This document shows, in pieces, positions 1-21,089 of a stretch of DNA of 64,000 nt. Both the position numbers and the translations under genes were made by a program. The notes beneath the pieces are model-generated. The model was given only the letters and a program-made list of their open reading frames with translations, had not been told where the DNA came from and ran no database searches. How positions within the stretch are numbered: the first letter of the stretch is position 1; each line of letters begins with the position of its first letter. The DNA comes from Paragordius varius (lineage: Eukaryota; Animalia; Nematomorpha), in assembly GCA_964247055.1 (NCBI GenBank), contig OZ176053.1, positions 9,052,001 through 9,116,000 of the forward strand, given 5' to 3'.

Positions 1-7153
<7,153 letters not shown>

Positions 7154-7979
7154 TCTATGAATATAATTTTTTTATCCTTAGCAAAGTTTTATTTATAGTT
7201 CCCAAGTCCAAGTTTTTTTGCTAGAATTTACAAATTCGATAAATTGGAATATGATAAAAAATAAATTTTCTTCAGAATCTTAATGTTTGATTTCAATGAT
7301 GTGATTAAATTTATATATTAGATATATTTTCGGGGTTGATTAATAATATATTTTCGAGTATATATTATGAACGGTCCGAAAAAATCCAAAATTTTGAGAA
7401 TTAAAGAAGGTTGATAAATTTTTATACATATAATTGCGGTAAAACTAAAAGGGAGAATAAAAATATGGTGTTGTGTGAAAAATATAAGATTTATATACCA
7501 TAGATATGGAGACATAAATAATATTTGATTAAAACAAATATAAAAATCATGATTTTATACAATTTTTATTTTTTGTTTTAGTTTCTAACAATTTTTGCAA
7601 TATATATAATTGTATCAAAAAATATTTTTTTATTTTTCAAAATGAACTAAGATTTAGATATATACTGTGTAAAAATATTTGCTAATTATCAAAATGTCAG
7701 TTATATGGATTATCTTAGCATAAAATTTGAATGACTGGCAATATATGAACATAAATATTTTATAATATCATAATTTTTTTTTTAAAAATTTCAATAAATA
7801 ATAGGATTTATGGATTAATTTAATTCTATTTCATAGGATTTTATCAATAATTATTAAAAAATATTGATTAAAATTTAATCATTTGCATGGTAATGTTTAA
7901 CATTACCATAGAGTTTATATGAGCTGTAGAAAGTAGATTTATAAAAATATATATATTTAAATCTAACTTTTGATATTAA

Positions 7980-8517
7980 CACTTCGATTCAAATTGGGGT
8001 ATCTAAACACCCTAAATTTAAATTAGGATTTTTAAAAAACTGCTGAAAGACACGGTCCCAATTTAAATTGATGCTTCTATCCTAGTAAAAATTATATAAA
8101 TATGCCAAAATATCTATATAAAATTTTGTTTTGAAAAAAAAAGTTCCATGTCAAACTTCGACGCCATTTTTATTTTACAAAATTTTTACAAAATATCGTC
8201 TTTTATTAATTTTAAGGGTATTAAAGCTAATTTTTTTATTTAAATTACAACTAACATTGATAGAAATAGAAAAAGCGGTTTTGTATTATTTTTTAATTTT
8301 ACCATTTCAAACATGTCACGTTGACGGATTTTTTACCTTTCGGTTTTAGCTTAAAATAAAAGATATCAAGTATTTTTAAAAATTTGTTATATATTTCGGT
8401 TTATTAATGTTATATAAGTGCAAAATTGTCCTTTGTTTCGATTCCTACTATAATTTTTAAAATATTTAATTTTCAACAGGCCTCGGGTATCCAACTACCC
8501 CAATTTGAATCGAAGGA
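7980..8517. mobile_element. Candidate non-autonomous MITE, possibly piggyBac-like
   Basis: Perfect 20-nt inverted repeat cttcgattcaaattggggta (7982-8001) / taccccaatttgaatcgaag (8496-8515); TTAA at 7976-7979 on the left, only degenerate on the right; no ORF inside. Confidence 0.45.
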
Positions 8518-9072
8518 CTATTGAATGTGTTGTATCCAACTGTTAAATCTCCATTTAATTAACTCTGTTCTAATCGTTTCGAAATTAGTATAAATAGACT
8601 TAAAATCTCTTAATTTAAAATTTCCCCGATTTTACGTTATTAAACTTGGCAATAATAAGTTGTTTACAGCTAAAATATAACCAAACACCCCCGTTTTACT
8701 CTAATCTACTAAACATTCCTCCCAAAGACAAAAAATTAAATTGTGTCCGAAAAAAACTCTGAGATTAGCTTCTTTGAAAAATGGCTATTTTTTTCATTGA
8801 GGGATTTTTGCTTTCCTATCCTAAAATATCTGTTAAATCCTTTTTAACCACCAAGCCAATATAAAAACAAGCATAAAAAGGATCGCACAACAATTTATCA
8901 AGAGTTAATCGAGCGTAAATTTTTTAGCTTTGTTAATATATATATTTTTTCCCTATCGATATAACAAAGTATTGGGATAGACAGAATAGTATAAATTTTG
9001 TAATGCTATTTGGATTCAAATAATTTGTTAGTGTAATAATTATATTATAACTCTATTGTTTATTGGATTATT

Positions 9073-9079
9073 TATATAT

Positions 9080-9126
<47 letters not shown>
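9073..9126. repeat. (TA)n microsatellite (shorter ones near 1030, 16173, 18945, 33662)
   Basis: Direct reading of the sequence. Confidence 0.9.
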
Positions 9127-9128
<2 letters not shown>

Positions 9129-12100
9129 CACAACATATCGTAATGAGAAATTTTTTTTCTTGTTAATCCTCACTCAATAAATACACTCATAATATATATG
9201 AGAAATTAGTCAACTTGAAAATGTGAAGCGCACGGACTTTCCTACATAGAGATGTCTTTCTAGTAAGTCAGAATTATGGTGTATTAATAGTATTAATTAC
9301 ATAATTATTTTGACTTTGGTAAAACATAAATTTTTAAATCTCTTTTTAAAAAGTTACATTACATTATTTTTGAGTTTTTTACACCCATAAACGATGGTCA
9401 AAAACACCTTTATATATTTTATGATATCTTAGAGCGTAATTATTTTTACCAAGTTTTAACTATTGTTTAAGTATGTTTTTCAAGGTTAATATATATATAT
9501 ATCAAAATGAAAATTTAACCACATACAAAATCTGTGCATCAAACATTGATACTAAAAAAGATATGATAATGCGTTGTTTTACCATGCATTTGAGATTTTG
9601 TTATCTTAAAAAGATAAAATTTTCACAGATTCCGGAAAAGGATAAAAAAATAACCGATCCGATATAGTTATAATAGACAATATGGCAATTAATATGAGTT
9701 GCAAATATTTAATAATTTTTTTTGCAGAAATCCATAATTTAGTGATACATAAATTTTCAAGCATTAAAATCAATCAGGTAATCCTATATTTGTTGGCCAT
9801 ATATGTTTTATAAAATAAAAAACGTTATAATTGGTAAAATGATACACTAATATTACACTGCCGCCACATTGACGGGAAAAATTAACATTACAAACTAACT
9901 AACTAATACACTTAAAAAATTATATAATTTATAACTGTTTTAGTATTTTCCAACAAAAACAAACAATTAATATATTTAGTGACCTAACACCATACATTTT
10001 AACATATATAAATAAATAAATAATAAATGACATAATCGCATTAATCCCTATTTTTATGTGAGTATTTGATATTATAAACTCCTGTAATGGTACAATATAT
10101 AAAAATAATTAAGAACAGTAAATTAATATATAGGCTAGCATTGGTGTCAAAATCTACCTTCATAGATTTATATTATTTTATTTGATTAGTTAATATTAAA
10201 AAGGGATTGTTGAGTAAACACAACGGTAGATTTCATAAAGTAAAAAATCACCAAAAAATATATTAATGTATGTATAAAATAAAAAAAATCGGTATATTTT
10301 GCAGAAATACAGGATCAAAAATTGGTCAACTTTTTTTAGAAAACTATATCCCTAATGAAGTGGACTTTTAATTGTCCAAACACAGTCAATTTTACAAAAC
10401 ATAGTATTTTTAGATATTTTGTAAACTATTTTTTGTTAGCATGAAAATGTAAAAAAACAGAAAAAGTTTCTCAGATACTATACTGTAGCGCTATTAGATC
10501 GTTACTAAAAGTATTATCAGGGAAAAATTAAATTGTGTAAAATGTAGTAGTAATTTTGGCACACGAATAATATCAATGGTAAAAACGAATTCACCAATCA
10601 AAATTACCAAAACGATCATGTAATTTTATAAAAAATGAAACATCATCAAAATACATTATGTTTAAAAGGGTTAATTAACAAAAAATTCACGAGAAAAAAG
10701 GGTTGGCCGGAATATGCTATTTTGTTGTTAGCTCACTCAGAGGAGATTATTTTTTATAAACGATAACTGTAAATCCCTGAGTGAACTGCAATTTATTTTT
10801 CCATATAATTAAAAAAAAGATATTGAAAATATTGACAAGATTTGTCATTACTCCCTTTGCTCTATGATGATAAAAGCCTCTAAAAATGCAAAAGAAATCA
10901 AAAAGCCCTTGTTTTGAATGAAATATAATAATTAGGACCATTTGGGAATGAAAAGAAGATCGACTTAAACTCTATAGTATCAATCTCGCAGATTTTCCTT
11001 CTCCATTTTGATCTATCAGGCTTATAAATTTTATTAGGCCAAAATAGTTGGCTCATGTTTTATCTCAACTTTTGAGCTTAGTCGTTTAAGCCACGTGGAC
11101 CATTTGAGTCATGACCCGGCTGATTCGCCTAAATGCTTGGCTCATTGCTCCTTCACATAACCTTTAATATAAAAAAATCAAATCATCTAAATTTAGGTAT
11201 GTTATTAGAGTTAGTGTTTATGAACAAAATCTAGGGCATAAATACTAGCGTGATGACTTAACAATAGGTGATAAAATAAAAAGACACCGAAATAATTTTT
11301 TTAACAGATAATTTAGATTTTAAAAAGAACATTTGCGATCTTATGGTCCAGGGTAATTTATTGTTAAAATTTGGTTTATAAACTAGGGTTATCATTTTTT
11401 GGGGTTCGGTAATCTGAAATAAAAATTAATTGAGAATTTAAGTCTTTATATGACTGCTATATATAGATAGACTTTTGATTAAATATATATTCATAATTTT
11501 ATCTCATGCCTTTTGCGTATTCAATTTTTTTGCATCAACTACACAATAAATAATAATAAGATTTTTTGGCGTGTTTAGTGATAAATGATCCATGAAATGG
11601 AATTTGGAAAAAAATATTATTTAACCATTTTTAACAAATTACTATAGTAATTAAGTTGTACTTTAATTTAAAACATTATATATAAAGAGTATTTATCATA
11701 AATTAAGAGGAAGAGATGATACAAATTATATCTGCTATTGTTTTGAAAATTTTTCTTATAATAATACAGACTTAAGTACTGGCTTGATGGTACATTTGGT
11801 TTTTTGCCATATGCAATAAGTCAAAATTTAGCCTTTTCTAATATACTGCCTACTCTTCCCACATTTTAACGTTAAAATATTTATTCCTTTTTTTAGATAA
11901 TTATGATTTTATTACTTTCAAAATTACCCACATCATTATATACTAAACTTTGAAAAATGGTTGTTCATATATTTATTAATCATAATTACATAACGTACTC
12001 ACTTTACTCATTTGAAATCAAATATAATGAGCAAATTAAAATTATAAATTTTAATATTAACATAAATATTGCAAATTGGCAAATTCATATAATTTATCTC

Positions 12101-15100
12101 TCCGTTAAACTTAAATAAAATTTGAGCAATAATTCATTTTTTTCCCAGCGAGTTCAAATTTTTTATTAGAATTAAGAAACCACTTAATAAAATATATTTT
12201 AAGTCATTCTTTCAAAATAAGGTTAAACGAACTTTAAAAAAATATTTGTAGATATCGGCTATGATCTGAATTATACGCAACCCAATTTAGAGATAAAAAA
12301 GGTAATTGATATTTTCCATGGTTTAAAGTAAATATCTCAAAAAACGCTTTGATATATATGGCTTTATAAGTTTGTTATGAAAAACAAATAAAAAAGAAGG
12401 AGGGGGTTCGGACAAAAGATATATTCAAAAACTGTCTCTTGCGAATAAAACATCCACTCGTAATAATTTATCTGTCGACATTACAACTTTAAAAATCTTC
12501 TCCTATGAAATTCATTAGAATCAAACGATTTTTTTGATATTATATTCTTAAATGATCATATTCTGTAAAAAATGATAAATTTTAAATATATAATCCATAT
12601 TTGACAGTAGCCTTAAGGAAGCTTATTTGTTTATAATAATTATCAATGCAAAATTATTCTTGTTTTGGACAGGGAGTGTCCTACACAAATGACTTCTGCC
12701 GAATTTATTCAAAATATCTTGTCGGGCGAATATGAAATATATATGGACATTTATAAATATTTTATTAAATTTCGAACATAATCCTGTAAAATGAAAACAC
12801 AATATCACATTTTTATTATAGTTCGTTATTGTGGATTTTCAAATTTGTTGCGGGCCGCTTTTTGAATAGCCCTATTTTAGACGAACAGCTAAACATAGTA
12901 CTTGTTTGATCCAAAAGATTTTTAAGCGTTTAATAGTGCACGGTATCAAAGAGAGTAATAATAGTCAGCAATGTTTAATAAATTTAATCGAAAAATATCA
13001 GCTAGGACCAACAATTTTTATAGAATAAAAATCTTATAATGATGATTTCTTTGCTGATTCTTGTGTTTTTAAATGCCACATTTTTTATATTTGATTGGAA
13101 TGAATATTTTTAAAAACAGGAAAAGATAGTAATTCTTAGTACTTATTTTCTTGATTTTATTATTATGGCTTATTATGCCCTGATTCGGAAGTTTAAATAA
13201 TTTCGTTTTAATTTCAATTAATAACAATAATATTTTTAGGATTTAAAACATATAATCACCACAATTTCGATTTTGTTGCCTAAGATTAAAGAATAAAGTA
13301 TAACAGCGGGTATTAATTTAAATGGCAAATCTTTAAATATGTGCATGGGCTTTAAAAAGTATACAAAATTTTAATCTGTAAATTAAGGATTGGATTAGAA
13401 AAATTTTATTTCAAGAGGAAAATGGCTAAATCTAAAAGCCCGATATTAATTATTTAACTACTTTTGAATATTATTTTACACAAAATAAAGAATAAGCGAC
13501 AACGCGAAATGTGTTTGTCTTTACCGATCTATTATCGAACTTAAATATATAATTTATTATAAATGAAATAAAATTTGACCAATTTTGATTAAAACATCCG
13601 AATTCTTTAATTTAACACATCTTTTTTTCATTATTTAGGAGCTCTTTTTAATTTGTTCAGAGGATAGAGCCAATTTTCATTTTCTAGCATTGGCAGAATG
13701 ATTTTGAAATTCCTAATATGATTTCAGAAATAAATTTTAGAGGTCATTAAATTAATTGTTTAAAAATTAGGCTCTCAATTCTATTACGAATCGGAAGAAA
13801 GTGGTGTCCATGGAATTTTATTTTATTCAATATTTTTTATACACACAATTGTAGTTTTGGAAAATATTCCTAAAACAAAACCATAACAAAAAACATTTTC
13901 TCAAATTATATGGGAATAAAATATTTTTAGCGTAAAACAATTTTTTTCCATCTCATCCCACATTATTGATTAGGTCAAACATCATAAATAATATAAAATA
14001 ATAATATTGATATAATAAACATTCAATTTATAATTTGTCCGTACTTGCTTGCTACGTTTCCCCATAAAGAGTTGCTTGTATTAATAATAATTTGAGCTGT
14101 ATAAAATTGCATTATATATATTATATCATTACAAATTATATTAATGGCAAAAAGCTTGTTTGTTATATTAGTCATCCGAAAAAAGTAACTAAAAGCAATC
14201 CCGAGAGACCAGTTTTGGTTTTTTGGAAACAAAATAGGTTGTCTATTTTTTTTCAGCAATGTAATAATATTAATTTCTAATTTCATTGTTATTTTTTTTT
14301 GGTATAAGGGCATCACATTTTAGGTCTTAGTAAAATTGAAATAAATGATACTTTGATCATCGTGCAGAAAAGGTCTTGGAAAACTACTACATAACATTAA
14401 CTAATTCAAAATTTTTATCAATTAAAATTTGTGCCTAAAATTCCCATAAATTAAAAGAAATACATAATAACTGTAAAATAGATAACATTTAGAGATAACA
14501 GATAATAATTTAATCGAAACAAATCTGTGGTGTTTAGTGATTACGCTAAATCTTATCTCTCTATCCAATCTTGAAATAATTTAACCTAAACCAAAGGTTT
14601 TTTTACAAGTGTTTAACTGCATCTTGGTGTATTCCCTAAATGCAATGGCAATGCCGAATTTTTAATGGTAACATATATAATATATAAAGCTAATTATTGG
14701 CTTAAAATTTTTTTTTAGCTTTTACCATTGGTAAAAAGTATTTTTCTCCATAATTTGAGAAAAATAAACCTTTTTATTTTTATAGAAATATTATAGATAT
14801 ATATGATACCGCAATAAGCAATTTAAAAAGGGGTATATTGTCGGCCTTTTTAATCGATTCTGACACATAAATGGTGTTTGTAAATAAATGCATCATCTTT
14901 CAATAATCCATTATAATTTGTATAAATTTATAAATTGTTTAATAACTTGTCACATATTATAGTTAATAAATATTATTTTAGAAAGTTGTTAATTTGCTGT
15001 GATCGAGCTTCAAAATTAATAGTATTTTTTTAACTGAGAAATATTGAATACATTCATCAAATATTTATGTTCATTTTAATTTATTACATTATAAATATAT

Positions 15101-15175
15101 TTGCATAGAACGGATATCAATTAAAATATGTTTTAATAATACTCAAGACCGCTATTATACAACAAACACATCGTG

Positions 15176-16169
15176 TCAGTTAAAAGTGTTTGGATTATTT
15201 AAAAAATTATTTGCTAATGTTCGCCAAAGCCATTGTATAATCGTATTTGAGGGGTTATTCCCGCTATTTGACATATTATTTGTGTCAAACTGATTGGATT
15301 GAGCATCTCCAAAAAGGTATCGATTGAAACTATAAAAATAGGCGTAAGATTTTAGGATAAATATAAAAACAAGTGCATCCTTCATGATTGTTATGGATAT
15401 AATAAAGAATCATTGTTAAAAATAGGTGTAAAAATATATTAAAACCTTATAAGGTCTTATGTGATTCGCAATAATATAAACAGTAAAAATAATGATTATA
15501 AAGATTAAGTAACCTTGTTTATTCCAATATAACCTATTGAGTCGGGTTGCGAATGGTAACATACTCAATTTTATATCTCAGGTAATAATATTATATCGAA
15601 AAAAAAAGAAAATAGTTTTCATTTTTTAAAAAATATTCGCTTTTATTCATTTTCTGTAGCATATTTATAATTACTTATCGCCGCCCATTGGATTGTGTGA
15701 AGATGCACCAATACGTCTTAGTAGATGTTCATTCAATAGGTTTGGACCTCGAAAATTTTGAAAATTTCGATAAAGTCTGCTATTGCCATAATTACTACTT
15801 GTACTTGGTTCATCCTTAAATGGTTATATTCAAAAATTATATATTTTAGGTATAAAAGCAAATTTAAAAAATCTAATTATTTGTTTAAGTTTACCTTAAA
15901 ATATAATAAAAGATAGTATTTTCATTAACATTCTTTGCAAAAATAATTGGAATTTAATTGATTTCTTGATTATGTAATTAAAAGGGCACGTTCCACCATA
16001 ATAATAAAAAAATAAATTATTTTCATTAATAATACGGTTGGCAAAGTTACATAAAACAAGCATTATAAATATTCTGATTGTTAATTGAAAAAATTGTCAA
16101 AAACTATTCCAAAAATGATTCCTAATCTATATATATACAGTAAAACATAAAATTAAACATACGATTTTT

Positions 16170-16207
<38 letters not shown>

Positions 16208-17689
16208 TATCCCTCATCATTTTGGGTTACAAAATAGGAAATAGGGATGATTATTTTTATTATAGATATAAAGATTATTAAAAAGTATGGCTGTTTTAAA
16301 ATATATTTGTTAGTGTTAACATTTTGTTAGTAAAACATAAATTTTACTGTATATTTTCATTTGCTTATACATTTTCAATCTTATGAAAGTATACTAAAAT
16401 AAACTTTATGCAGGTAAAAAAAATAGCATTGTTCATTACTTCAATGTTATACGTTCCCGGAGAGCTGTTATCATCAGGTGTTGAGGTCAGCGAATTACGA
16501 TATGAAACACTGGCATAAAGGGCCATAAGTAATACAACGATGGCATCATCAAGCAAACCAAAAATGCCAAAAAGGGCTTCAGGAATAATGTCTAACGGGG
16601 ATAAAAGGTAAAAGGCACCAATAATAAAGCAAAGCACTAAACGGAATCGAAAGACGAGTCTGATTCCAGACACCGAAAAAAAGTCACTGATGGCATGTCG
16701 TAAGAGGACGGGTAAATCACGTATATAATCCACCATCTATAAAAATATAGAATGAGTAATGTAAAGTGGTGTAACAAATAAGTTTTACAAAATCGTAAAA
16801 AAGTAGGACCTCATTTCAATAAATAGTACTTGTTTCTTTGTTAAAATTATATTTATACTTAATTGGCAAAAAAATGCTACCGAAAAAAACCAACATATAT
16901 TTAAATATCAAAAATGAGTCAACTCGTTAATTATGTTTAATTCATTCAAAGGGCCAAATAATATATTAAAACTTAAAATAAAATGTAGCCCTAAAAAAAT
17001 TTTAATTACCCTATAATCGTTTTAAACTGGAAAAAATAAATAGATTACGGAACGTGGAGCATCGGAAAATCTTTTATTATAAACATTAATTTCATCTATG
17101 ATATATTGCTTTTCTTTATCATCATTTGATGTGACACGTCGAGGAAAGCAGGGAATTATAAGAGTTACCTATATAACAATATAAGATAAATAAAATGTTG
17201 TAATATAAGTAATTAAATTTTTTTTTAAGAAATTACAGTTTGACGGCACACAGGACAACTTAATGGTGATGTTCCCCAGTTTCCGTTCCGCCAATATAAT
17301 AAAATACATTTTCCTAAAATTTAAAAACTTGTAATACCACAAAACATGTGTCCACAATTGGTTTCGATTGCATAATTGGCATTATTCAAACAGATAGGAC
17401 ATTGCCGATCCTGATAATACCGTTTAAAGTTTCTGGGCCGCTTTATAGACAAATTTGCATCTTCTATTTCCTCTCTGCAGAATTAATTTTTTAAACTGAT
17501 GCTGTTCGGATTCATTTCTAACCATATCCCGAACTTCTTTTATATTCTCATCGTTAAAATCAGTTACAGTCTCTGCTCCTCTATTGTATAAATGAGAATA
17601 TACTTTTTGAAATATCGGATAATAAAGGGCAAAAGAAAAAGAAAGACGATGAATATTAAAAATATGACTTCTTTCCCAAATCCTTCCAT
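15176..17689 (-). CDS. RNF170: RING finger protein 170 (TM - RING - DUF1232) with C-terminal extension. Exons 17689-17604, 17580-17497, 17474-17338, 17313-17237, 17168-17049, 16736-16440, 15814-15675, 15329-15176
   Basis: Spliced product MEGFGKEVIFLIFIVFLFLLPFIIRYFK...[47 protein letters not shown]...YNKRFSDAPRSMVDYIRDLPVLLRH...YLLSPLDIIPEALFGIFGLLDD follows the RNF170 layout. Three 22-24 nt introns are needed to restore frame. The last two exons are supported by phase and open frame only. Confidence 0.92.
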
Positions 17690-17725
17690 ATGATAAAAAA
17701 TAAAAACACAAGACCTCACTTATCG

Positions 17726-18345
17726 ATGTTCAGACCCAAGTTTTTTAAACGAAATCATGTGGTAGAAAGAAGCAAATACTTGCAGCAACTTTTAGATGAA
17801 TTTGAAGAAACCGATAGAAATGGTAAACATCCTAAATTAACCTTACAGATTTCAAATTACAAATTTTAGGCAATTTTGCTAATTTTAGTTATGATCCATA
17901 CAATTATGAGATTTTATATCATTTGAACATAATTGAAATGTTTTTTGGTATTTAATTTTATTACGTTAGACGTTTTAAGCACTCACGATGACGAAAATTT
18001 TATACATCTGGCTTTATGTGGATTAGTAAATTTATCCTTTGGTATAATATATCTAATTTTATATACAATCGAGTTGTATCAAAAATTGTTAAAAACTCTC
18101 AAACAGAAGTAATTTTGAGTCCACTGTTAAAAAACAAGTATTCTACTTATAAACTTTAGTCAAAATCAAGATATAATTGTTCAGCTATTAACTTTATTAT
18201 TAATAATCTATTCATTTTTTCCAAACGGTAACAATTTTTTTTATATATAGATATGCCAAAGATAATTAAAGATAATATTAATTTATTGCATTCCAATGAT
18301 AAAAGGATATTAAATCTCATATTATTGTTAAATAAAAAATTATAA
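17726..18345 (+). CDS. ARMC7: Armadillo repeat-containing protein 7. Exons 17726-17822, 17849-17947, 17970-18041, (18074 or 18107)-18137, 18160-18227, 18251-18345
   Basis: Spliced product MFRPKFFKRNHVVERSKYLQQLLDEFEETDRNDFKLQILGNFANFSYDPYNYEILYHLNIIEMFFDVLSTHDDENFIHLALCGLVNL matches the ARMC7 motifs YLQxLVxEF and QVLANLANFAYDPxNY. Not in the ORF track because 22-26 nt introns break it. Third acceptor is ambiguous. Confidence 0.85.
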
Positions 18346-18801
18346 TTTTCATGGTTTGAAAATAGGCCCTTTTTTGCTTTTTGGGTTTCGTTGATGATGG
18401 TTGTCTGCTATATTAAAAAAATAACATGATATAAAATAATTTACGTAAATAATTTTGTTAAAAAAGGCCTGTTGTCGATTTTTTATATATTAAGGCTATT
18501 ACAAATATGGTCTCATTTGTTTTATGTAAAATATGTTTTTGTCATAATTCAACAGTAATCTTAGTCAATTTCCATATTTTATTGATTTTACACTACAAAT
18601 TGGTTCTTTACATTTTACCTTTGCATAAAACTCTAAAATGCTTATACCACCCACGGACAGCATGCTACCCGAAAATTGATTTTCTATATTTGATGCACTT
18701 ATTTTGAGTGAATGCGTCAAACGTTATGAAAATTTTATCGGTGATAAATGGTAGAGCCCTTAAGACAAGATAATTTTTAAGTGCGTACCACTGCTCTAGA
18801 C

Positions 18802-20483
18802 CAGGGGTTCTTAAACTATGGGTCGCGACCCCATTTGGGGTCGCGTAGCAAAATTATGGGGTCGCGAGTGATAAAAATACAATTTAACAAAAAATGTTTT
18901 TTAACTTGTAAAATTATTGTTATAAAAAAATAACAATTATCGTATATATATATATATATATATCATCTGGTTCCGAAAAACTGTTTATACCAGCATTTCT
19001 CTTCCGAACATAGCTATTTCACATGTTTTAATGTAGATTGAAGAAAAGATTGTCTTTGGGAACGTCTTTTGAGAAAAAACAATTATATTTGCTCTTCTAG
19101 TTTTAATTTGTCAGTGCCCTCTGTAACAAGATTAGTTTTCTTTTTATTCGGTAATTAATAATCAAATATAATCTGCAATATTTTATTTTTATATATTTAT
19201 TTAGGATAAAAATAATTTTTGTCCATGGATAAATGGCTTTTAAAGAATTGTAATGACGCAGATATTAATCCAACAAATTCTTCACAGTCATGACAAAGTA
19301 TTTGAGAAGAGACATCTAATGTGCGAAAAAGAAAATATGATGAGTCTTTTCCTCAATTTGGCTTCACATTTCAAAATTGTTATGGTAATGAACAATCTCT
19401 CTGTTTGTGCAATGAATTATTGGCTTCGGAGAGTATGAAACCATCAAAAAAGAACACATTTTGAATCAAAGCATGTTTCGTATGTCAATATGCCTAAAGA
19501 ATATTTTGAAAGACTGTAATCTTGGTGTAATGTTTGAAACTAGGTAAAACCTCTTCAACATATTTTATCGCTGAACGATATTGGGATTTAATGTTTGTTA
19601 AAGCTGAGAAAGTAACTTCACATAAATATGTGGTGTTGAATGGCAGAAGTACATTTCATGTCGGCGATTGATTCAGTCCTAGTTTAGATCCAGAATTCAT
19701 TCAAGGGATTTTTTGGAAATGTAGTTTTACACAAAAGCTTAGCAAATTCCTCTTGAGTTTTAAGTGGCAGATGATCAAACTTACTTAAGCCAATCCAAGG
19801 CTTTTGAATCCAAATAATTTTTTTAATAATATTTAAATATGTCAGGAAATGTATTTCTAGCGCTTTTTAGTGATCGACAATGGTTTTTCAATATAAGTTT
19901 TACAATCAATTTTCAAATTGTAGACATTGGAATACATTTCAAACGAATTTTTATCAACTCTACTTTTCCAAATGCTGATCATTTTAATAAAACTTGCAAT
20001 TTTATCGCTTGAAGTATAAATATGCATGTTTTTCAGTGAAGATACAAGTTGGGATCGTTTACTTCGCAAAAATATCCGATAAATAACACTTGGATAGCCA
20101 CAAGTCATTTTGAAAAAAAGCAGCAAATTCTCATTTTAACAGTTAAAAATATTTCGATCTCGTCCTTCAATAACGATAATTTTTTCGGTTTTAAGAGATG
20201 GACAAAAATATATGTATTTATAAATTTCTATAACATCTTATGATTCATAGTAAATTTATACAATGTATTATAATAATCGGAATATTTGTGCAAATTTATT
20301 TAGATTTTTTATGTTTCAAAACGAATTCTAAATTTATATATTTTCATATGCATATGTATTTGTTTCTTAATAAATATATCATCAAAAAATATTAATTTAT
20401 TTTTCTTTTATAATTTATTGGGGTCGCCAAGAAATTTGCGATCATAAATGGGGTCGCGACTCACAAAAGTTTGAGAAGCCCTG
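18802..20483 (+). mobile_element. hAT (Charlie/Buster-type) internally deleted DNA transposon
   Basis: TIRs caggggttcttaaact / agtttgagaagccctg; exact 8-bp TSD ctctagac (18794-18801, 20484-20491); repeated subterminal tggggtcgc motifs; decayed transposase remnant CLCNELLASESMKPSK near 19400. Confidence 0.9.
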
Positions 20484-20582
20484 CTCTAGACCATTAAAAT
20501 AATTATTATTTATCTATCATTCCATTTTTAACGCAAAATTTCATTTGCAATATTATTTTAATAATTATCATATATATATATA

Positions 20583-21085
20583 TACCATTTGCACTTCAAG
20601 TTGGTCCTTTGACTTTTTTGTTTTGTTTTTAACTTTTATAAATCAAATCGTATTTCTTTCATCTATTTTATCGTTTTTATCCTATTTCCTATTATTTAAC
20701 ATAAATTTTAAATAAAAACTTGTAATCATTCAGAAACCGTATATCTTTATTAATTTCTTAAAATTATTATGGATATTTATAAGAGTTTAACACGAAATTA
20801 AAAAATATATAAGTTTTCTGGGTTATTATTTACAATTTTTCATTGATAACTTTTTAAAAGTTAATAATTTTGTTTTGGGAACAAATTATTATGAAACAAA
20901 AAAGTGGTTTTTTAATCAAAAATTTTATTTTTAAATGAATAAATATATAGAAAATTAGGTTAAAAAATAATAAAATAAATGCAAAAAATATGGTAAAACT
21001 ATATATTATAAATTTTAAGGACCAACTTGAAATGTTCAAGGACCAACTTGAAGTTTTAAAGGACACTCTTGAAGTGCAAATGATA
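20583..21085. mobile_element. MITE with TACCATTT termini, TA flanks and 21-nt subterminal repeats (family copy 1)
   Basis: taccatttgcacttcaag (20583) inverted to cttgaagtgcaaatgata (ends 21085); three 21-nt units of aggaccaacttgaaatgttca type at ~21017-21080. Confidence 0.65.
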
Positions 21086-21089
21086 TATT

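Noticed and set aside
12300-14900. Exon-like patches, e.g. ECPTQMTSAEFIQNILSGEY (~12670) and SQFYYESEESGVHGIL (~13770), with micro-intron-like GT-AG segments
   Set aside because: No consistent spliced frame on either strand and no recognisable family; a fleeting resemblance to GPR180 did not extend. Needs RNA-seq or tBLASTn.
18350-18780. Possible small minus-strand gene converging on ARMC7
   Set aside because: Splice models can be forced but give no recognisable protein and no clear start.
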